IMG/VR virus record: IMGVR_UViG_3300037089_000251
Span: 40,510-104,509 of that record
Direction: 5' to 3' (one strand)
DNA from: a virus
Length of the DNA: 64,000 nucleotides
Below, piece by piece: positions 47,536 to 56,238 of this stretch. The position numbers and the translations under genes were made by a program. Within the stretch, counting starts at the first letter, position 1; each line of letters opens with the position of its first letter. The notes under the pieces are model-generated. The model searched no databases. It saw only the letters and a program-made list of their open reading frames with translations, and was not told the origin of the DNA.

Positions 47536-48000
47536 ATGCAAATCACTCCGGTAACCACGCAGGCGAACGGCGTCATCAGCATACGCCTACAGGCCTTGTT
47601 TGTCGGCGACCCTGATGATGCACAGGACAAGGCGCTGATTGCGGCATACGGCGACCCCCAGATTTCTCTCGTGGGCAACGGCACCTTCACGGCTCCCCTG
47701 CCGGGGTCCAGCCCCCCTGCCAGTTTCAGCTTCACCTTCCCGACCACCGAGTATTTCGTCGGGATAACAACCCAGATGTCGGGGAAGACGATAAAGTTCA
47801 TGCAGTCGTTGCCGAGCACCCCGCCGCTGTGCAACCCCAACGCCTCGGCACCGGTACAGGGTCCTCTGGATTGCATTACCGTGTATCCGGCATACGCATT
47901 GGAAGCTTGGTACACAGCGATGGTCAGTGCCATCACCGCAGCCTTGACAGCGCTCAGGAACCTTTCCTTGGTTCCGCCGCTCACGCCTGTGGATGTTTAG
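47536..48000 (+). CDS. Hypothetical structural protein
   Basis: Between sheath and tube genes. Confidence 0.6.
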   Translation: MQITPVTTQANGVISIRLQALFVGDPDDAQDKALIAAYGDPQISLVGNGTFTAPLPGSSPPASFSFTFPTTEYFVGITTQMSGKTIKFMQSLPSTPPLCNPNASAPVQGPLDCITVYPAYALEAWYTAMVSAITAALTALRNLSLVPPLTPVDV

Positions 48001-48009
48001 GAGAAGGGG

Positions 48010-50016
48010 ATGAAATCTAAGCTCATCAACCGCCGCAAGAAGGCCACCACATTGGTCAGTCCCGAGACTCTCCAGATGGCGGTCAAGAAGGGTCAGGAGA
48101 TTATCCCGATTCTCCAGTCCAAGAACGACCCTCGGCTGGCGAAGCTCCAGAAGGCTGTCCAGTGGCTAAGCAGGGTGGCCAAGTCGCCCATGGGGCAGAC
48201 CAACCTTGACGACCAAGCCTACCCGCAGTATGCCCAGACCGTCAGGCAGTATGTGGAGTGGGTGAGCCAGCTTGCGGGCACTTTCCGTGACAGCAACGCC
48301 ATGGAGCAGACGGAAATTCCTGAGACTGTTTCCCAAGTAGCCTCGGCAGGTGCCGACCCGTGGGTGACAGACAGAGATGAGAAGTCGGAGGCTAAGATGC
48401 CTGTAAAGGCAGAAGTACCTCGTTTGGCAGCACAGAAGAAGACAGCCCAGCCGGGAGTACCTCCCGGTGCCCCGCCCCCTCCCGCAGGAGCAGGCGGAGG
48501 AGCGGCCGCAGCACCCGCCCCAGCCCCGGCCGCAGCGGCAGGAGCAGCGCCAGCACCCGTCAAGCAGGCTCCCCCTATCACGCAGGCAGGCAATGGGGAC
48601 ATCAACGCCGACATCCACCAGATGTCCAGCGAGACGCTTGCCAACATCATCTCCGCCATCTCCAAGAACGTGGAAATCAACGACAAGGCAGGTCTGGACT
48701 TTATGGAGTCACTAGCCAAGCAACTCAAGGGACGCCCCGTGGAGACACAGGCTCCCGCAGGCAGGGCAGCTTCCGTCAAGGACACATTGAGCCTCTACGA
48801 CGGCAACAGAACCGCCACGGGCGAGATGACGCAGTCGGAGGCGGATAGCCCCGAGGAGTGGCCTATTCACCATGCCATCGCCCAAGCCCTCGGCGGCAAG
48901 GTCAAGGCGTTCGACGTATACCAGGGACCCTACATCCTCATCGGCTCGGAGATTCGTGGCGAGGGCGTCTATGCCCCGGCGTTCCCACAGGCAGGCACCG
49001 TCCGCCTCTGGGTGCAGTCAGAGGGTGACGGCGGGCTGCTCACCGTCTACAACGAGGAAAACGAGAAGCAGAGCGAGCCATTTGCGTGGGACGACACGAT
49101 AGCGGCAGTCGAGGCTGCCCGGAGCGTCCTCGGGGAAGGTGGTGGAGAGGCGGAGATGGAGAACCTATGTATGGCCAGCCTGAGGCTTGCCGGTATAGAG
49201 GGCGAGCCGGTGGGAAAGGTAGCCGTGACCCCTCCTGACATCAGCGAGGAGACGGCGCACGAAATCAAGGATGAGTATCCGGGCGAGAAGGACAAGGCCT
49301 ATGCCACGATGTGGGCTATCCACAACAAGAAAAAGAAGAAGGGGACCCTCCGTGAGGTCCTTGCCGACCTTCACAAGGAGATTGACGCCTATGTCCTGAA
49401 GACCGCAGCCGGGTCGGAGGGAAGCTCTTGGTTCGTCGAGGACCAAGACACCATGGATATCAAGGAAGGCGACAAGAACGTGAAGGAGATTGCCGAGGCG
49501 CACGGTCTGGAGGACGAGGGTCCTGCCAAGCTGGAGCGCCACGAGACCACCCTTCCCATCACCCTCAACGGCAGCAAGAACGCCGCCGAGGAGATGAAGG
49601 CGACCAAGGCGCTCAAGGAGGTCGAGAAGCTGTCCGACCGCCTCAAGGAGATGTACCTGGACGCCAAGGAGATTACCAACGCCAATGATTCCCGCCCTGT
49701 CAGGGAGGCGGTGGAGGCAATCTACCGGGCGTATGACCAGCTTGGTCAGGCTGCCAAGGTACTCGGCAAGCAGCAGATGCAGGAAGAGGCCGAGGAAGAC
49801 GCAGTCAAGGTCAAGGAGAAGGCCAGCAAGAAGAAGGGCAACTGGATGGACAGCTTGGTCTTAGCGGCAGAGGACGACGACGATGAGGTCAAGTGCGAGG
49901 GTTGCGGGAAGCCCCACAACAACCAGAACGGAGGCTACTTGTCCGAGCTTTGCAGGAAGTGCGAGAAGGAGACCGAGGCGGAGAAGAAGCGGACAAAGTT
50001 CAAGGACAAGCAGTAG
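48010..50016 (+). CDS. Multi-module probable head-associated protein
   Basis: Many KxA/RxA motifs, Pro/Ala linkers, acidic modules. Confidence 0.6.
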   Translation: MKSKLINRRKKATTLVSPETLQMAVKKGQEIIPILQSKNDPRLAKLQKAVQWLSRVAKSPMGQTNLDDQAYPQYAQTVRQYVEWVSQLAGTFRDSNAMEQTEIPETVSQVASAGADPWVTDRDEKSEAKMPVKAEVPRLAAQKKTAQPGVPPGAPPPPAGAGGGAAAAPAPAPAAAAGAAPAPVKQAPPITQAGNGDINADIHQMSSETLANIISAISKNVEINDKAGLDFMESLAKQLKGRPVETQAPAGRAASVKDTLSLYDGNRTATGEMTQSEADSPEEWPIHHAIAQALGGKVKAFDVYQGPYILIGSEIRGEGVYAPAFPQAGTVRLWVQSEGDGGLLTVYNEENEKQSEPFAWDDTIAAVEAARSVLGEGGGEAEMENLCMASLRLAGIEGEPVGKVAVTPPDISEETAHEIKDEYPGEKDKAYATMWAIHNKKKKKGTLREVLADLHKEIDAYVLKTAAGSEGSSWFVEDQDTMDIKEGDKNVKEIAEAHGLEDEGPAKLERHETTLPITLNGSKNAAEEMKATKALKEVEKLSDRLKEMYLDAKEITNANDSRPVREAVEAIYRAYDQLGQAAKVLGKQQMQEEAEEDAVKVKEKASKKKGNWMDSLVLAAEDDDDEVKCEGCGKPHNNQNGGYLSELCRKCEKETEAEKKRTKFKDKQ

Positions 50017-50086
50017 CGTTTGCAAGGAAAAGGACTTTTGAGGTTTTGAATAGAACGCCGCCTCGGGCGGCTTCAGGAGGAAGACC

Positions 50087-50779
50087 ATGGCGCAAGGCGG
50101 TTACATCTATCAGCAAGGAGCAAGCCCCCAGACGGAATCCGTAATCTCGTCTCGCTTCAAGATTTTTACGGATGTCGTGGGTGTGGGCAAGTTTGTGAAG
50201 CTGGGCGTCACGTCCTCCTTCCAAATCTCTGAAACCCGCACGGTCGAGGCAATCCGTGGGTTGGGCTATGGCGACCAAGTCGCTGAGCTTGTGCCCGGCG
50301 TCACGGAACCGCTGAGCATCACCATCCAGCGCACCTGCCTCTACCTTGCCAACATCATGCAGGTTCTCGGCTACAAGGCTGGCGTATCAGGCGGCGTCCG
50401 TTCCATCCGTCATCACCGCTGGCCGTTCGACATCAAGACCGAGATTGTCTTCTCCCAGCTTGCCTCGGAAGACCCGAGCAACGCCTCCGGTTTCGGCGGC
50501 GGAACCCCGGACCTCACCCCTGCGGACATCCCGAACGAGGGTGGGTTCAACAACCTCGGCAACCCCGGACTACAGGCGGTTGCGACGGTGTACGAGGGCT
50601 GCTGGATTTCCAACTACACCACTGGCTATGCCATTGAAACGGCCGCCGTGAACGAGAACGTAACCGTCTCCGTCACCGACATCTTCGATGTCAGCGGCAC
50701 GGTGTACGGTGAGTTCCTCGACAGCGGTCTGAACTCCGGTGATGCGACCGGCAGGAGCTTGCTCTACTCGATTTCTTAA
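50087..50779 (+). CDS. Tail tube protein
   Basis: IRGLG.GD...ELVPG, R..LY, PFDI, YEGCWISNY...V.E.V..TD. Confidence 0.75.
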   Translation: MAQGGYIYQQGASPQTESVISSRFKIFTDVVGVGKFVKLGVTSSFQISETRTVEAIRGLGYGDQVAELVPGVTEPLSITIQRTCLYLANIMQVLGYKAGVSGGVRSIRHHRWPFDIKTEIVFSQLASEDPSNASGFGGGTPDLTPADIPNEGGFNNLGNPGLQAVATVYEGCWISNYTTGYAIETAAVNENVTVSVTDIFDVSGTVYGEFLDSGLNSGDATGRSLLYSIS

Positions 50780-50818
50780 TTCGGCGGTATTAAATCGCTA
50801 GGGGGTGAGACGGTATAC

Positions 50819-51106
50819 GTGGCGAGCATCGTTACCCAAAAGCAAGTCACGGCCAACGTCTCCCCTGCCCGCAAGTGCTGGCGGCTAGTCTGGAATACCC
50901 TGTCCAAGCGGGTCTTCATCCTCTACGAGAATGAGGGCCACACCATGACAATGCAATCCATGTTCTGCTCGTCCCCCACGGACGGGGGTCCTGATTCTGT
51001 GCCCAGCATCGAGGGAAAGAAGGAATGCCTGGAGGAGATGAAGAGGCTGGGACTGGTCTACTCCCCACCGCCAGCAGAGATGGTTAAAGGTGAGATTGGT
51101 CCCTAA
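50819..51106 (+). CDS. Hypothetical protein
   Basis: GTG start after GGGGG/GAG. Confidence 0.5.
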   Translation: MASIVTQKQVTANVSPARKCWRLVWNTLSKRVFILYENEGHTMTMQSMFCSSPTDGGPDSVPSIEGKKECLEEMKRLGLVYSPPPAEMVKGEIGP

Positions 51107-51176
51107 GGTATTTCCCTCCTTGTTCAAAACCCCATTTTAACAGAATACCCGAAGCCTAAGTAGGGGAATTGTCTCT

Positions 51177-54100
51177 ATGCTTACCAAGCCTCACTCGTCG
51201 CTGCTCCAGAAGAAAGCCTCCATGCTGCCCATCCCCGGAACAGGGGGGGTCGGTGGGATTGACGTTGCCGATATGGATAGCCTTGCCAGTCATGGCTTGG
51301 ACAGCCCGGCAGACCCCGCCAACAACTATACCCCTCTCTATGGCAAGGGGTCGGAGACGGATAGCCTCAAGCAGGCATGGTGGAGGGGTCGCAGTAAGAA
51401 CTACAAGCCTTGGAATCCCAAGGGCTGGTCCACGCAGCAACTCGCCGAGGGGATGGAGTCCAGAAAGAAAAGGATTGCTGAGGCAAATATAGAACGGGAC
51501 GAGGAGTTCACCAAGTACGTCCCTATTACCGACCGCCCCAGCGACTACTGGGAGCAGATGGACTATGACAGCGCCAACCGCATGGGACGGGGAATCCTCC
51601 ATGACGATGTCCGGGGACGGCGCTTCCGGGACCTTGACAAAGAGATTGCCCGCCTCAAGCGGGAGATGCGGTCCATAGAGATTGAGCAGGGGCGGCAAGC
51701 CAAGTCCCCTCTCCAGCAGCCTACCACCGCCAGCCTGAAGCTTGCCGACAACTCCATATGCCGTTGTGGTCATCAGTGGCACGAGCATTGGAGCCTCGGT
51801 AATTTTGGCTGCAAGGACACCTCGTGCGAGTGCAAAGGGTTCAAGGCAAAGACCGGCTCCGTAAACTCATTGCTCCACCCCAAGCGGGCCGACCTGAGCG
51901 ACATCTGGGCAACCGGGAGCGAGGGACTGGGGGACAAGGAGGACTTCCGGGCAGGACTTAAGCAGGAATGGGACGACCCGGACGGCTACCTGTACCGCTC
52001 CGAGGTCTACTGCCCCCGCTGCGGTCGGGAGCTTATCGACGAGCTTATCGACACCAAGCAAATAGGTCCGTCTGCACCGGATGAAAACGACGAGTGGACC
52101 AAGGACTCGGACATAGTCCCCCAGCCCATACTCTCCTTGGAGCCTGGCATGGAGAGATGCGGGAAGTGCGGCGACGACGCCCGCCCGGAGACGAGGGAGC
52201 CGGGCGAGCTTAACGACCAAGACAAGGACTTCCTCAAGGACATGAAAATCTCCCTCGCTTCCCTCAAGGGGCTTTCCAAGCGGGTAGCCTCGGACAGTCC
52301 GCTACTTCAGCCGCCCGACCCAAGCAGCGCCACCTTCTTCAAGGAGAGCGAGAACGACGGCTGGGAGGACCCCGAGTACAACAAGGAGTGGCTAAAGGGG
52401 GTAAGGGCAAAGAAGAAGCCCCGCTGCCCGCATTGCGGCTCAGATGATTATGCCCTGATGCCTACCGACTTCGAGACTGCCAAGTGCAACAAGTGCGAGA
52501 AGACCTGGGACCACGGCATCGTGCCGGGGATAAACGACCCCAGTGAAGGCAAGACGGCGGCGAACCCCAACCACACCGTGCGGGACTTCAACCGCAAGAA
52601 CCCTAATAGGTGGAAAGAACTCAGAGAGAGTCAAGGGGTGCCTGAACGACCCTTGCAGCCCTTCACCCAGTGGCTCATCGAAGAGGCTGGGAAGGGAAAG
52701 CGTTACAATACCATTGAAGAGGCACGGGCTGTCTATGACACCTTGCCTGCCGAGGGCAAGACTGCCTCCGACTGGAATACCGAAGACCCCTCCAAGATGG
52801 ACCCGGCTCTCGCCGCCCATCTCAGGAGCAAGGGGATGAACCCATGGATGGCCCCCACTACCAGGCTCCCTGATGCGGAGATGAAGAAGTTCCCGATAAC
52901 CAAGGAGATTCTGGCTTGGGAGAAGGAGACAGGACGCCGGATGGACTCCGGGCAGGCATCCCTGCTCCTCCCCCGGACGGCCGCCGATGCGGGTCCCGAG
53001 GGCTTCCCCCCGCCCCAGCGTGAGCTTGACTACGATGGGTGGTCCACCATCGGCACCCTGCGCAAGCGCATGACGGAACTCTACAATGCCTGGCGCAACA
53101 AGGAAATCACCCGTGAGGAGTACGAGGTCGAGAACTACCTCCTGAATGTAGCCAGAGAGGCTGCCAAGAAGGCTTGGACAGACGACCCCAAGTACCGGGA
53201 ACTGACCAAGGCCATAGACTCATCGGAAGGCAGGAATGACACGGACTTCCTGAAGTCAATGGGAGTCACATCTGCCAAGAACGCCAGCGAGAAGTCCTAC
53301 GGCATGGGCACACCGCTCGGCGGGGCATCCAGCGTGCCCGCCCCGAACAACACGCAGGAGAAGTCACAAGACCCACTCCAGACCCCACAGAGTCCATGGC
53401 AACCGCCCGACACCGCCAAGGCCAACACCGCCCCGGAGCAGGCGACCGACCAGATGGCGGACGAGGTGGTGAAGAAGCTCCAGGACAAGATGGGCAATGT
53501 GGAACTCTCCCAAATCGTCCGGACCGACGAGGGCGAGGAGAAGCCGGGCAGGTCGGACATCAAGCGGCACATCGACAAGAGCTTGCTTGACAAGGACTAT
53601 TCCCCTCCCCGCCCGCTGAGCAAGGGTGCGGGTATAGCAGATGAGGCAGAGTATGACGAGGAGCCGTATGACCCAGAAGCTTACAATGCGAATGCCTTCC
53701 TCAGAGCAGACGAGAGTGTTGAAGACCTACCCACCATTAGACAGATAGAGGAAACCAACAAAGCCCCTGCTGAGTTGGAGTGCAATACCTGCAAGCTGAA
53801 AAGCAGCCAGATGAATGATGGAAAAGCCACCAACTATGAGTTGGCTATATGGCTGATGAGGCAGCATCTCCACGATAAACACCAAGCGAAGTTTGGTCCC
53901 CATTCATTCACTAATCTCACTTCTGTCGAAAGGAATCTTACGCCGAGCAGCGAAGACAAGGACTTCCTCAAGGGGATGGGCATCAAGGAAGCTGGGCGCT
54001 ACCACGGATACGGTGAGGACGAGGGCGACGACGAGGAAGTCACCGACCTCGGAACCAAGTATGGGCAGCCCATCGGGGGTAAGCCCAAGCCAGAGTACCG

Positions 54101-55307
54101 TTGCCCCATATGCGGATGGAGCGGCGAGGGGTCCATGCTGAACCACATGCAGGCATACCATCCCGGAAGCACCCCATCCATCGACATCGACGAGACGCTC
54201 TCCGATGTCAAGATGGGACCGGAGGACCATTGCCCGATATGCGGACTCAACTGGGTGGGATGGGGACAGAGCTACAAGGACGACCACACCGAGGGTCACC
54301 TTGCCAAGAAGGAAGCACCGCCGTCCTCCAAGCCCCCTCGATTCCGCCCGACCAAGGACGACAAGGACTTCCTCAAGGGGATGGGCATCAAGGGGTCGAA
54401 GACCGCCGCCGACGCCGAGGCGTGGTGGAGGAGCACCGTCAATACCAAGCGCCGGGAGCTTGCGGGCGCATTGGGCATCGACAAGTACTGGAGCCATTTC
54501 GTCTGGGAGTCCCTGCCCCCGGAGATACAGGAGAAGGTCAAGGCAAGCCTGCCGCAGGCGACAGAGCCACAGCTTGAGCTTAACCCCGAGGACAGGGAAC
54601 TCCTCGGCGGCATGAAGATACAGGCTGCGGGCAAGAAATGGAACCCCATATTGGCCAAGGAATTCTATGACAAGGGGCTGGCATCGGCCATGGACGGCAA
54701 CTGGAACGAGGCGGCCAACGCCCTGAGCCAGTCACTCAACCACAACCCCTATAACGGACCTGCTCATTTCATGCTGGGTATTGTCTTCGCCCAAGACGGG
54801 GACACGGCAGCAGCACTCTCGCAGTTCAAGGACTCCCTCCGCACCAGCCCCAAGGAGGACTACCCCTACCATGGGATTATCACCGAGCTTTCCCGCAAGG
54901 GCGAGCTAGACGGGCTTCCGCAGGACGTGAAGAACTATCTCCTCGACAACATGGTGGCCAAGACGGCGGCGGGCAGCAAGGTAGCCAAGGGTTTGGGTGC
55001 CCCGATAAAGGAGCGCACGGCCGCTGAGGGAGAGACGTGGTGGAGGAGTTGCAAGACCTGCGGAAAGCCCGCCTTGGAGTTGAAGAAGGGGGAGAACGTC
55101 CGGGGACCAGTGTGGTGCGAGGAATGCTCCCCAAGTGGTCTCAAGGAACCCCGTACCCTCCCGAAAGCAGCGGTGCAGGTGGAGGATGGTGTCAACCTCG
55201 TGTGCCCAAACTGCAAGGGGACGGAAACCAAACCCGTGGACGACCCTGATACCGAGGATGGAAATCTAGTCGAATGTGTAACATGTGGGGCGTTCTTTGC
55301 CAAATAA
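51177..55307 (+). CDS. Polyprotein-like head cargo protein (many Zn ribbons/C2H2 fingers, TPR module, five DxDFLKxMxI-type tags)
   Basis: About 8 Cys/His modules; TPR region AKEFYDKGL...AHFMLGIVF; KTAA-type linkers; directly upstream of the protease. Confidence 0.7.
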   Translation: MLTKPHSSLLQKKASMLPIPGTGGVGGIDVADMDSLASHGLDSPADPANNYTPLYGKGSETDSLKQAWWRGRSKNYKPWNPKGWSTQQLAEGMESRKKRIAEANIERDEEFTKYVPITDRPSDYWEQMDYDSANRMGRGILHDDVRGRRFRDLDKEIARLKREMRSIEIEQGRQAKSPLQQPTTASLKLADNSICRCGHQWHEHWSLGNFGCKDTSCECKGFKAKTGSVNSLLHPKRADLSDIWATGSEGLGDKEDFRAGLKQEWDDPDGYLYRSEVYCPRCGRELIDELIDTKQIGPSAPDENDEWTKDSDIVPQPILSLEPGMERCGKCGDDARPETREPGELNDQDKDFLKDMKISLASLKGLSKRVASDSPLLQPPDPSSATFFKESENDGWEDPEYNKEWLKGVRAKKKPRCPHCGSDDYALMPTDFETAKCNKCEKTWDHGIVPGINDPSEGKTAANPNHTVRDFNRKNPNRWKELRESQGVPERPLQPFTQWLIEEAGKGKRYNTIEEARAVYDTLPAEGKTASDWNTEDPSKMDPALAAHLRSKGMNPWMAPTTRLPDAEMKKFPITKEILAWEKETGRRMDSGQASLLLPRTAADAGPEGFPPPQRELDYDGWSTIGTLRKRMTELYNAWRNKEITREEYEVENYLLNVAREAAKKAWTDDPKYRELTKAIDSSEGRNDTDFLKSMGVTSAKNASEKSYGMGTPLGGASSVPAPNNTQEKSQDPLQTPQSPWQPPDTAKANTAPEQATDQMADEVVKKLQDKMGNVELSQIVRTDEGEEKPGRSDIKRHIDKSLLDKDYSPPRPLSKGAGIADEAEYDEEPYDPEAYNANAFLRADESVEDLPTIRQIEETNKAPAELECNTCKLKSSQMNDGKATNYELAIWLMRQHLHDKHQAKFGPHSFTNLTSVERNLTPSSEDKDFLKGMGIKEAGRYHGYGEDEGDDEEVTDLGTKYGQPIGGKPKPEYRCPICGWSGEGSMLNHMQAYHPGSTPSIDIDETLSDVKMGPEDHCPICGLNWVGWGQSYKDDHTEGHLAKKEAPPSSKPPRFRPTKDDKDFLKGMGIKGSKTAADAEAWWRSTVNTKRRELAGALGIDKYWSHFVWESLPPEIQEKVKASLPQATEPQLELNPEDRELLGGMKIQAAGKKWNPILAKEFYDKGLASAMDGNWNEAANALSQSLNHNPYNGPAHFMLGIVFAQDGDTAAALSQFKDSLRTSPKEDYPYHGIITELSRKGELDGLPQDVKNYLLDNMVAKTAAGSKVAKGLGAPIKERTAAEGETWWRSCKTCGKPALELKKGENVRGPVWCEECSPSGLKEPRTLPKAAVQVEDGVNLVCPNCKGTETKPVDDPDTEDGNLVECVTCGAFFAK

Positions 55308-55338
55308 CGAATAGGGAACACCTTATTAGGTGGTGTAG

Positions 55339-56238
55339 ATGTCTTTTGAGAAGGTCGCCAGTGCGGTAGTCAGGGAGCCGGTGCTCACCCCCCAAGCTTG
55401 GGAGCAGGAATGGGGCGGTAGGGCGTTTCATATCCCTCTGTCCACGCCCGCCAAGACGTTCTGGAAGACCGCCTCGTCCAACAAGACCAAGTACCTCCTG
55501 AGCCACTGCACCATCATGTCCTCCGTGGCCACGGAATCCGCCCCCGAGGACTATCTCATCCGCCCGGCCTCTGCCCACCTCGTTAACAACAATGATGACG
55601 CTTGGTCGAACGGCGTCATGAAGTCATCCTACAAGACCTTCGTGGGGGCGTTCAACTTCGTCGAGCACTTCCAGAACAGCAAGTACGCCAAGGGGCATAT
55701 CGTCGATAGCGTCCTGCGCAAGATACACCTGACTCAGGACCCACGGGACAGCGTCTACTTCGTGGACATCCTCGTGGCCACCGACCTGTCCCACAGCAAG
55801 CTGGCCGCCCAGATTCGCAACGGGGAGGTCAAGTACCTCAGCATGGGCTGCGTCACCGACCTCGTCATCTGCTCATTCTGCGGGCAGCATGTTACCGATG
55901 CCTCGACCTACTGCCACCACCTCCAGTTCAACAAGGGTTCGTTCCTCCCCGACGAGGACGGGCAGCCCCGCCGTGTAGCCGAGCTTTGCGGCCACGAGTC
56001 CCTGCCGGGCGGCGGCGTCAAGTTCGTGGAGGCAAGCTGGGTGCAGACCCCGGCGTTCCCCGGAGCCGTAAAGAGGTCGATTGTGGCGGAGGAATGGCTG
56101 GGTCCGGCCACCTCGTATACCCGCAAATCCGCCGATGCTAGCAGATTTGCCAAGGCTGCCTCGCAAAACGAGGACTATGGTTCCCTTAATTTGGGAGAGA
56201 TGTTGCTCTCACGGGACAACGGAGGAAATCTCAGATAA
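55339..56238 (+). CDS. Prohead (capsid maturation) protease
   Basis: N.N.D.W, NFVEH, KG.I.D, LSMGC...CSFCG...C.H, F.E.SWV..PAF.GA; upstream of scaffold and capsid genes. Confidence 0.75.
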   Translation: MSFEKVASAVVREPVLTPQAWEQEWGGRAFHIPLSTPAKTFWKTASSNKTKYLLSHCTIMSSVATESAPEDYLIRPASAHLVNNNDDAWSNGVMKSSYKTFVGAFNFVEHFQNSKYAKGHIVDSVLRKIHLTQDPRDSVYFVDILVATDLSHSKLAAQIRNGEVKYLSMGCVTDLVICSFCGQHVTDASTYCHHLQFNKGSFLPDEDGQPRRVAELCGHESLPGGGVKFVEASWVQTPAFPGAVKRSIVAEEWLGPATSYTRKSADASRFAKAASQNEDYGSLNLGEMLLSRDNGGNLR

